A stretch of DNA of 56,878 nt from a virus (Duplodnaviria; Caudoviricetes): positions 1-56,878 of the IMG/VR virus record IMGVR_UViG_3300029981_000015; one strand, given 5' to 3'. The translations under genes and the position numbers were made by a program. Below the pieces are notes generated by a model. It saw only the letters and a list, made by a program, of their open reading frames with translations, did no database searches and was not told the origin of the DNA. Positions within the stretch are counted from its first letter, which is position 1, and each line of letters opens with the position of its first letter. Below are positions 50,153 to 56,878 of this stretch, piece after piece.

Positions 50153-50881
50153 TTATCCCTTAGAATTTGAAGGGTTTTCTATTCTATAACTTTGTAGATA
50201 TAACTCTATTGCTAATTTTACTATTTCAGCATGAGTACTATCAGGCATATCAGTATAATCTAGAAATGCATTCGTATCTGTTATGATTATTTCATTTGGT
50301 CTTTTTATATATACTAATTCATAACTAGAAATAGTATAGTTGCCATCAGTATATAAAGTTACTTTATTATCGGTATAGATTCTTAATGGTCTAGCATCAT
50401 TATTGTGTAATATATGATCAGATAAACTATTATTTAGTCTACTAGTAACATTTTCTATAGTACACTCTAATGCATCTACTACTTTTACGATAGCAGCACC
50501 TGCTGCATCTTTTGGCCATTTAGAGTCTGTAGATACTATGTATATGTTTTCCCCAACTGTATACCAATAGTCATTTTTTATTACGGATAATGTTAGAGGA
50601 TCTATTCCATCGGCCTTATAACTTATAACTGTTTTATTTGGAGAAGTAAATTTGAAGCGACTATCAGTACTCTTGAATTGCATTGTAGTAACTAGAGTAC
50701 TTAGATCTTCAGTAAGAACTTCATCTTTTTGGATTGAACTATCCACTCTTTCTGTAACAAACTTTTTTACTCCAAGATTTATCCAGTAAAATATATCATC
50801 ACTACTAATTTTTCTATCAGATACCTTGTCTATTGATCCAATACCAAATTCAAATGCTTTTTGTAACTCTATATATTTCAT
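50153..50881 (-). CDS. Tail ring protein paralogue C
   Basis: DDIFYWIN, EDLSTLV, YIKRP and HAEIVKLAI motifs shared with the two adjacent genes. Confidence 0.7.
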   Translation of the reverse strand: MKYIELQKAFEFGIGSIDKVSDRKISSDDIFYWINLGVKKFVTERVDSSIQKDEVLTEDLSTLVTTMQFKSTDSRFKFTSPNKTVISYKADGIDPLTLSVIKNDYWYTVGENIYIVSTDSKWPKDAAGAAIVKVVDALECTIENVTSRLNNSLSDHILHNNDARPLRIYTDNKVTLYTDGNYTISSYELVYIKRPNEIIITDTNAFLDYTDMPDSTHAEIVKLAIELYLQSYRIENPSNSKG

Positions 50882-50884
50882 CTA

Positions 50885-51598
50885 TTATTTTTGTTTTGAA
50901 TCGGAATGTCCACTAAGTCTATATGCAGCTTCTGTTATAAATATATTGACAGCTAACTCAACTATTTCTTGATGAACATTTTCAGACAACTCACAATCCT
51001 GAGGAGTCCCCTGTACGGTTACTTTTTTTGGCTTCCTTATATAGGTACATTCGCATCCAGTAACAGTAGTATAAGAATCTGTAAATACAGATAAATATGA
51101 TATATTATCTATTGAGGCTTCTAATAATACGCATGGTTGTCTTAGTATGGGCTTATTAAAATATGAAGTTAAAATATTTTCAACCTCGTCATGAATTATA
51201 AACTTGTTTGGTACCCATGTAGCATTCTCTTCTTTTATATCCATATATGTTCCATATACCTTGCTGGATGATCTTAAATATAAAAAAAATGCTGAATCAT
51301 CTGTAATTGGTAGCGGATATCTTTTTCCATCTGGATAGTTACTTGATATATTTGTAGTAACCGTTCCTAGATCTTTTGTAATTATAAGACCCTTAAAAGC
51401 GTCTGTATTTTTTTTTAAATTCTCAAAACTTCCTCTTGTATTATCTATCGATAAATAGTTTTGTTTAATATATCTATCAATAGCTGCATTGATAAAGTAA
51501 AATATAGTATCTGAATCTATCTTCTTTGATACAGCGTATTCTGGATTTATAAGTTGAATAGATCTTTCAAATTCTACTTGCATTTGTCTAGCCGTCAT
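50885..51598 (-). CDS. Tail ring protein paralogue B
   Basis: DTIFYFIN, DAFKGLI, YIRKP and HQEIVELAV motifs. Confidence 0.7.
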   Translation of the reverse strand: MTARQMQVEFERSIQLINPEYAVSKKIDSDTIFYFINAAIDRYIKQNYLSIDNTRGSFENLKKNTDAFKGLIITKDLGTVTTNISSNYPDGKRYPLPITDDSAFFLYLRSSSKVYGTYMDIKEENATWVPNKFIIHDEVENILTSYFNKPILRQPCVLLEASIDNISYLSVFTDSYTTVTGCECTYIRKPKKVTVQGTPQDCELSENVHQEIVELAVNIFITEAAYRLSGHSDSKQK

Positions 51599-52294
51599 TT
51601 ATTCTTGTATTGTTAATAGTTGCGAAGCACTCTGAATCCTCGGGGATTCGATATTCTCTATTGCAAGATAAGCTGCTAATGTAACTATTTCCGAATGAAC
51701 ATGCTCAGCTATCTTTGGGTATGAATTCTCATCATTTATTGATATTGGTTCTGGGAAAGATATATAGTCATAATTAAATGTCATATATTGAATATTAATA
51801 ATTGTAGACAACGGAAATACTATATCTTCGTCATAATAAATAACAAAACTGCCAGTCTCTTGGACCATAGCAGGGTTTGTTATTATAGGATTATTTGTTC
51901 TAGTTTTCTTAAAATTCTTAGCCTCTTCATGCGTAACAGATATAACATTTGATTTTGTAGACTTGGTAGATGTGAGGGATTCTTTATATATCAGATCCCC
52001 ACTTACAAAGTATAAAAAATCAGCAGCGCATACACCTGTAGAAGGACTGTTGGTACAACTCATTAAATTGTTCGATGCACTCTTTATAAGACCAGACAAA
52101 TCTGATATTCTTTTTTGAGATTGTTCGAATCCCTGTCTAAGAGTATTATCACCAGTAAATTTCTGATTGATAACAATTAGATAGGCTTTATTAAGTAAGT
52201 AGTCAATCTCTTCTGGTAGGAATGATGGAACTGATGTTGTAGTAGACTTATCTAACTCAACTTTAAAATACTTATGTAGTTCGGAAACTGTCAT
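51599..52294 (-). CDS. Tail ring protein paralogue A
   Basis: FLPEEIDYLLN, FEQSQKRISDLSGLI, YISFP and HSEIVTLAA motifs. Confidence 0.7.
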   Translation of the reverse strand: MTVSELHKYFKVELDKSTTTSVPSFLPEEIDYLLNKAYLIVINQKFTGDNTLRQGFEQSQKRISDLSGLIKSASNNLMSCTNSPSTGVCAADFLYFVSGDLIYKESLTSTKSTKSNVISVTHEEAKNFKKTRTNNPIITNPAMVQETGSFVIYYDEDIVFPLSTIINIQYMTFNYDYISFPEPISINDENSYPKIAEHVHSEIVTLAAYLAIENIESPRIQSASQLLTIQE

Positions 52295-52297
52295 ATA

Positions 52298-53050
52298 TTA
52301 TTTATTTTCTAATTCGTTTTTAATTGTCATTTTTAAATCTTGATTTGATTTACTGTCTAAATAAGATACTGCATCAGATAAAGATGTGCCAATTATATCA
52401 GTACCATATAAATACGCATTTTTATTCTTACGCATAATATTCTTTGCTATAGCAGCCTCAATTAAAAACTCTGTATTCTTGTTGGTATTATTAACCCATT
52501 TAGAGAAGAACTTCTCAGGAGCGCCTTCTACCTGTTCAAATAACTTACTTTCTACTAATTCAGCAGACATAGTATCGGCTTTGTATCCAAATAGACGTAA
52601 GCATTTACGCATATCCTCCAAAGACATTTTATCGAACTCTTTAATTGCATCACGTTTTCTTTTATTGATACGATTAGATTCCTGAGCTTCTGAATCTTTA
52701 TTTATAAGAACAAAGTCAGCTCCTGGCTTTAAATCGTTTAATCCAATAGCAACTCTATGATGGTTCTTTAAAAATAAGTATTGTAACTCATCCCATGGTC
52801 TACTTGTATCTAATAATAGTTCTTTGTTTGTTACTTTAATAATAAAAGTAACCCAATATTTACTATACGGAGCCAATGTATTTGGTCCTAGATTTAGTTC
52901 TTTCTCTAATCTAACTGCATCTTCATCGGTTAAACCAGTGTGTCTGTTTCCAGATCTAGTTAATGCGGGTGCAATATAATCGAAACATGATTTATATTTG
53001 ATTACGCCAGCCCAAGCGTCTTTACGCTTATGTTTTAATACCACTTCCAT
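52298..53050 (-). CDS. Conserved crAss-like protein normally adjacent to MCP
   Basis: 250 aa with TGLTDEDAVRLEKEL and LLDTSRPWDELQYLFL motifs. Precedes the ring genes. Confidence 0.6.
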   Translation of the reverse strand: MEVVLKHKRKDAWAGVIKYKSCFDYIAPALTRSGNRHTGLTDEDAVRLEKELNLGPNTLAPYSKYWVTFIIKVTNKELLLDTSRPWDELQYLFLKNHHRVAIGLNDLKPGADFVLINKDSEAQESNRINKRKRDAIKEFDKMSLEDMRKCLRLFGYKADTMSAELVESKLFEQVEGAPEKFFSKWVNNTNKNTEFLIEAAIAKNIMRKNKNAYLYGTDIIGTSLSDAVSYLDSKSNQDLKMTIKNELENK

Positions 53051-53097
53051 TTTTAATATAATTAAAAGTATAGTTGTTTTTATAGTTTATTTAATTG

Positions 53098-53129
53098 TTA
53101 TGTGGGGCAAACTCAATTGCCCCACATAA
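53098..53129. promoter_or_regulatory. Perfect 13-bp inverted repeat (hairpin without U-tract)
   Basis: TTATGTGGGGCAA-ACTCAA-TTGCCCCACATAA, at the 3' boundary of the inserted cassette. Confidence 0.6.
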
Positions 53130-53134
53130 ATACT

Positions 53135-53599
53135 TTAACACATTGCTTTATAATACAAATAGGCTTTCCCTGCTGGGGCATCCCTATCCATTAAAAAAGC
53201 TTTTGCGACGTCATTTAGTAACGATGTATTAGAACCTAATGCAACCCCATAATCAGAATAGATCATGTTTATTGTATAGTACCAGTCATACTGATTAAAC
53301 TTATCAAAGTATATTCCTAGGCTTGATGCGATTTGATTACTATCAGCCATGCTAACCTTTTGACCAGTTGTCCCATCTTCATTACTCATATTGGATACAG
53401 CTTTAGTAGCCATGTCTAAATCGAAATACGGACCATTGGCTATCATATAAATATCATTCATAAGATCGTCATGAGCTCCTGGATGAAGAACACACATATC
53501 GTCTAAATGATCATTTATAATATTTATGATCTCTATCATTGGTTTAGATTGGATTACGATTGGAGCTGCTTTTTCTATTAAATTCAAGAATTTGCTCAT
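53135..53599 (-). CDS. Uncharacterised helical protein of the 'DWYxxxNMxYSDY...D.D...GK...Y' family
   Basis: GPYFD..MATKAV, NQYDWYYTINMIYSDY and FLMDRDAPAGKAYLYY motifs. ATGA overlap with the upstream gene. Confidence 0.65.
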   Translation of the reverse strand: MSKFLNLIEKAAPIVIQSKPMIEIINIINDHLDDMCVLHPGAHDDLMNDIYMIANGPYFDLDMATKAVSNMSNEDGTTGQKVSMADSNQIASSLGIYFDKFNQYDWYYTINMIYSDYGVALGSNTSLLNDVAKAFLMDRDAPAGKAYLYYKAMC

Positions 53600-53859
53600 A
53601 CCAACATTTTTATATAGGGTAAGTACTTCTTAGCCTTCACTATAGCAGATGGATTTTTTATAAAATAATCGAACATCGATATAATCTCGACTGATCCCAC
53701 TTCATTAACCAATGTTTGTATAGCCATTAATAATCTATATGCTTCTTCTTCACTCTTTACAGGAGATCTGAATGTCATCTCTTCTACTAATGGATACACC
53801 TTTTTAGGTTCTACGGCTGCTTCTAAGGCAGTATTATTATTTTGTAGATTATCTTCCAT
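53596..53859 (-). CDS. Hypothetical protein (cassette)
   Basis: 87-aa ORF translationally coupled to the next gene. Confidence 0.6.
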   Translation of the reverse strand: MEDNLQNNNTALEAAVEPKKVYPLVEEMTFRSPVKSEEEAYRLLMAIQTLVNEVGSVEIISMFDYFIKNPSAIVKAKKYLPYIKMLV

Positions 53860-53870
53860 CGTAATATAGA

Positions 53871-54047
53871 TTAGACCGCAGAGAACAACTTAAGAGTCTC
53901 TGATTCTGTTGGTTTATACGTATCAAATATATCGGCAGTAGCTTTTCCTAAAGTCTCTAATATAAATTTGTGTATCTTCTGTCTCTCTTCGATTAAGATC
54001 ATCTCCATGACCTTATCAAAACTAATTTTAAAAAAGTTATCTTCCAT
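53871..54047 (-). CDS. Hypothetical 58-aa protein (not in ORF track)
   Basis: Hand-translated as MEDNFFKISFDKVMEMILIEERQKIHKFILETLGKATADIFDTYKPTESETLKLFSAV*. It fills the gap between two cassette genes. Confidence 0.6.
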   Translation of the reverse strand: MEDNFFKISFDKVMEMILIEERQKIHKFILETLGKATADIFDTYKPTESETLKLFSAV

Positions 54048-54051
54048 GATC

Positions 54052-54348
54052 TTATACTATTACAGTTTCATAAATTGCTAGAGTTCCTGCAGCAGCAGAT
54101 GATACTGCTTGAAATGCAGAAACTGAGTTAGTTTCAAATGGTTCACCACCTTCTCCAGTAGCAGAATCTGGTAACATTCTTACATCATAATCTGTAGCAG
54201 ATACTGGTGTAAAAACCCCACTAGATGGTACTCTTTTGAGATAGATAGTTTGTGTCGCGCTAGTATTCTGAAAACGAATATTTGCTCTAGACAAATTTGC
54301 TAGGACCACTACAGCTGCTGTAGTTCCTACAGTTATCGGACTTGCCAT
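54052..54348 (-). CDS. Small beta-sandwich protein (possible head spike/decoration)
   Basis: 98 aa with the pattern TVGTTA...NLSR..IRFQNTS..TIYL. Ala/Thr/Val-rich and apparently all-beta. Confidence 0.5.
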   Translation of the reverse strand: MASPITVGTTAAVVVLANLSRANIRFQNTSATQTIYLKRVPSSGVFTPVSATDYDVRMLPDSATGEGGEPFETNSVSAFQAVSSAAAGTLAIYETVIV

Positions 54349-54362
54349 ATCTTTATATATTA

Positions 54363-54388
54363 ACCTGGGAGGCCGAAACCTCCTAGGT
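54363..54388 (-). promoter_or_regulatory. UUCG-tetraloop hairpin between cassette genes
   Basis: On the - strand ACCTAGGAGGT-TTCG-GCCTCCCAGGT. No U-tract follows. Confidence 0.5.
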
Positions 54389-54396
54389 AGTTTTTA

Positions 54397-55137
54397 TTAG
54401 ACTATGGTCGTCCCAGTTACTGTTGGATGAATATGAGTTAAGATAGAACTTAACAAATATTGATTCTGATCATTATTGCTAATCTTATTGTTAGCAGCCG
54501 TTAATTGATCCCTTAAGTTTTGAACGTTAAGATCATTGATCAATGCGCGAGTTGCGTTACCATCAGCTAAAATAGTACTCTTTATTTCGCAGCAACAATT
54601 TGCCATTGCCATAGCGTTTGCAGTTCCTTGTGCAATTATTTGATTAGTTGCATTTTGTACTTGCATTGCAGAACTATTAAAACCTTGAAGGTTTGTAGTA
54701 GTCATATTGTTGAAGCTATTCAATTGCTGTAATGCATTTTGATTTGCCTGAGCAGTAATGTCCCTCCCTAGTCCATTAATGGAATCTAGTGTTGTGAAAT
54801 TAGCAGCTGCTTGCGCTGTTGATAATTGTCCAATTTGGGTTCCGACATTACCGATACTAGTAGAAATATCTATAGTATCTGCTCTCATTTGAGATGAAAG
54901 AGCCGTATTATCTATCTGAGCCTGTAATGTTTGAATTTGATTATTTAAAGATCCAAATTCAGCTGCATTGGTATTATTATTACCTCCGCCAAAAAGTCCA
55001 TTTCCGTTATTGCCAACTAATCCACCAAGGATTAATCCAGCAATACCTCCACCGACTGCTCCAAGCCCAACGCCTGAACCTAATGAACTACCTCCCATTG
55101 CAGGCAATGTAGTAGTTCCATCTAAAGTAAGTGCCAT
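54397..55137 (-). CDS. Gly-zipper + long coiled-coil 'CCCE' protein of unknown function
   Basis: GVGLGAVGGGIAGLILGGLVG, N/Q-rich heptads and MANCCCEIKSTI..DGNATRALI..QNLRDQL. Confidence 0.7.
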   Translation of the reverse strand: MALTLDGTTTLPAMGGSSLGSGVGLGAVGGGIAGLILGGLVGNNGNGLFGGGNNNTNAAEFGSLNNQIQTLQAQIDNTALSSQMRADTIDISTSIGNVGTQIGQLSTAQAAANFTTLDSINGLGRDITAQANQNALQQLNSFNNMTTTNLQGFNSSAMQVQNATNQIIAQGTANAMAMANCCCEIKSTILADGNATRALINDLNVQNLRDQLTAANNKISNNDQNQYLLSSILTHIHPTVTGTTIV

Positions 55138-55164
55138 AATTATAAAAAATTAAAAATTAATACT

Positions 55165-55196
55165 AAAAACAATCAACCTATTGGATAAGATTGATT
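55165..55196 (-). terminator. Possible terminator/attenuator between MCP and the cassette
   Basis: On the - strand AATCAATCTTATCCAATAGGTTGATT folds as a hairpin followed by GTTTTT. A second hairpin, TTATATGCAT/ATGCATATAA, lies at about 55298-55329. Confidence 0.4.
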
Positions 55197-55337
55197 ATAT
55201 CCCATTGAATGAAAAATAATTCAAAATATTGTATCTATAATTCTTATTATAACTTTGTTTGATTTGATATCTTTTGTACTCTCGAAATCTAGTTATGTTA
55301 TATGCATCAGAACCAACCAATGCATATAAGTTTTTTA

Positions 55338-56816
55338 TTAGTCAATTACATCCATGATCAACTCACCACAAGCACGTGGATCACGTACCATGATTCCAAC
55401 TTCACCTAAGAAATGAACTGAGTAACCATCTTTTGCATTTGAACGTAGGGTATTGATAGATTTACCATATCCAGCCCCAGGGGTAACAGAACCACCAGTA
55501 TGCCACATAACCATTTCTCTATCTTTTCTAGCAACCTTAACGATATTAGCTTCACCATCCCTTGTGCCGAAGTCTAAGAAAGTAAAACGATATGATTCAA
55601 CTGGTTTACCAGTAATTGGATGCAGTTTACGATTATGAACGATATCATCGTACATTGGTAAGTGTTTAACGGTTAATTCAATACCGTTAGTCATACGATA
55701 AGTAGTAAACTGACCACCTAAAGTTAATTCTTGACCTGAACCAGTAATAAATTTGCTATCAATCAAATTGAAAGCACCCATTTTTTCTTTCAGTACACGA
55801 TCAAATTCACGCATACCCATTTCGCCAGTGAAAGCAACAAACTTACGTTCATTCGTTCCTAGCATATTATAAGACATATCAAACAAGAAGTCTTCTAGTA
55901 AATCGGCATTCAATTCAGTATAATACCTACGATTAGCTGGAGCGATTTGTTGCAATAGACCTGCACCAATATACACTGGACGGCCATTAGTTCCCATTAG
56001 ATCGGTCGTACCATCAGCATTAGCATTATATTTAGAATATACTAATTGACGTTCTTGACGTTTGTTCCATTCACGAGCAGCTTTCCATTCCTGGAAATCA
56101 GACCATAAATAAGAAGTCTTACCTGTTTTAGGATCTTTCAATGCAATTGCAAGTACAGTACTAAAAGCAGTACCAGTAATATCATAAGACAAACGAACTG
56201 TAGTCAAATGGTTATGCAATTTAATATGAGTGTTATAATTGATGATATCTGCTTCTTCAGAATATTCTTCGTAGGCAGAACCTAAACGAGAAACTTGACA
56301 ACCTGAAAGTAAATATTTACCAGGTACAAATGAAGTTGCTTGACTATCAGCAATAAAACAAGTATAGACCCATTCATTACCATCTTGGTACGGAGCACCA
56401 GATATACGTAATTGAAATTCTTTATCATCTAATTCGATGATTGCACCAGGACCAAACCATTTATCTTCTAGTGATAACATGATAGGCGTATTGCCTAATC
56501 CTGCTTGAGTTGTTGGGTCTGTTACTACAGAACCATTCCACTTAGCTGAACGAATTGTAACTGCACGGTCAGAGTCGATCATTACTGACCATCTGAATTC
56601 ACGTTGGTCAATTACCATAGTTTTACCAAGACCGCCTGTTAAGAAGTCAAGAGCAGAACTATATCCATCGTCCTTAGTACCAAATACGTAAGAAATTACG
56701 CTAGATACTTCGTGAGGTTTAGTTAACAATGCATTAGAAAGCATGTTTTCGTCAACAAGATCAGAAAACCATTTTCCTCTGTAAAGCTGTAGATTATTTA
56801 AAATTCCATTATCCAT
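55338..56816 (-). CDS. Major capsid protein (crAss-like, HK97 fold)
   Basis: 492 aa with GAGLLQQI, FTGEMGMREFDR, GGQFTTY..NGIELT and DGYSVHFLGEVGIMVRDP motifs, and strongly biased codon usage. Confidence 0.88.
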   Translation of the reverse strand: MDNGILNNLQLYRGKWFSDLVDENMLSNALLTKPHEVSSVISYVFGTKDDGYSSALDFLTGGLGKTMVIDQREFRWSVMIDSDRAVTIRSAKWNGSVVTDPTTQAGLGNTPIMLSLEDKWFGPGAIIELDDKEFQLRISGAPYQDGNEWVYTCFIADSQATSFVPGKYLLSGCQVSRLGSAYEEYSEEADIINYNTHIKLHNHLTTVRLSYDITGTAFSTVLAIALKDPKTGKTSYLWSDFQEWKAAREWNKRQERQLVYSKYNANADGTTDLMGTNGRPVYIGAGLLQQIAPANRRYYTELNADLLEDFLFDMSYNMLGTNERKFVAFTGEMGMREFDRVLKEKMGAFNLIDSKFITGSGQELTLGGQFTTYRMTNGIELTVKHLPMYDDIVHNRKLHPITGKPVESYRFTFLDFGTRDGEANIVKVARKDREMVMWHTGGSVTPGAGYGKSINTLRSNAKDGYSVHFLGEVGIMVRDPRACGELIMDVID

Positions 56817-56841
56817 TTTAAAACTTAGTTTTATTATTTAA

Positions 56842-56878
56842 TTATTGGGGTCTTCGTAATAGTTGTTGCGAAGCTATA
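56842..56878 (-). CDS. 3' end of upstream gene (partial)
   Basis: Reads ...IASQQLLRRPQ* and ends 25 nt before the MCP start. Truncated by the window edge. Confidence 0.35.
   Translation of the reverse strand, partial: IASQQLLRRPQ

Noticed and set aside
55250-55257. Bacteroidota -7 promoter motif TAACTTTG
   Set aside because: It is on the + strand, antisense to MCP, has no convincing -33 TTTG at the proper spacing, and is expected by chance in AT-rich DNA.
10441-56816. Stop-codon reassignment (TAG/TGA) as seen in some crAss-like phages
   Set aside because: Late genes are intact in the standard code up to 4459 aa, TAG and TGA terminate some genes, and no suppressor tRNA is seen.
1-56878. CRISPR array, integrase/transposase, introns or inteins, DNA polymerase
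   Set aside because: No regularly spaced repeats and no recognisable recombinase, homing-endonuclease, intein or polymerase motifs were seen in this window.

Overview
A roughly 57-kb, AT-rich segment of a crAss-like (Crassvirales-type) bacteriophage genome. It uses the standard genetic code, and its A-rich leaders mostly lack Shine-Dalgarno sites, which suggests a Bacteroidota host. There are two convergent gene blocks. The + strand (1-10.4 kb) carries replication and recombination genes: putative initiator, short DnaB helicase, Sak4-like ATPase, SSB, primase and PD-(D/E)XK exonuclease. It also carries a tRNA-like RNA whose anticodon loop is replaced by a large insert, followed by a MoxR AAA+/VWA gene pair. 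The - strand (56.8 kb down to 10.4 kb) is the late virion block. In gene order it holds the major capsid protein, an inserted five-gene cassette led by a Gly-zipper/coiled-coil 'CCCE' protein, three paralogous ring proteins, a putative auxiliary capsid protein, a mosaic tail fibre, a holin/spanin/GH19 lysis cassette, ring/IHF-like/ring genes, a split muzzle gene, cargo proteins, a 4459-aa virion RNA polymerase polyprotein (DFDVD motif plus zincin) and a 2029-aa zincin-bearing giant protein. The most notable observations are the anticodon-replaced tRNA mimic, two apparently circularly permuted C-type-lectin-fold modules (DUF1566-like and FISUMP-like) inserted into virion proteins, the CCCE cassette, and the muzzle split with a possible -1 frameshift. 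All family assignments come from motif recognition and gene order by eye; no searches were run.
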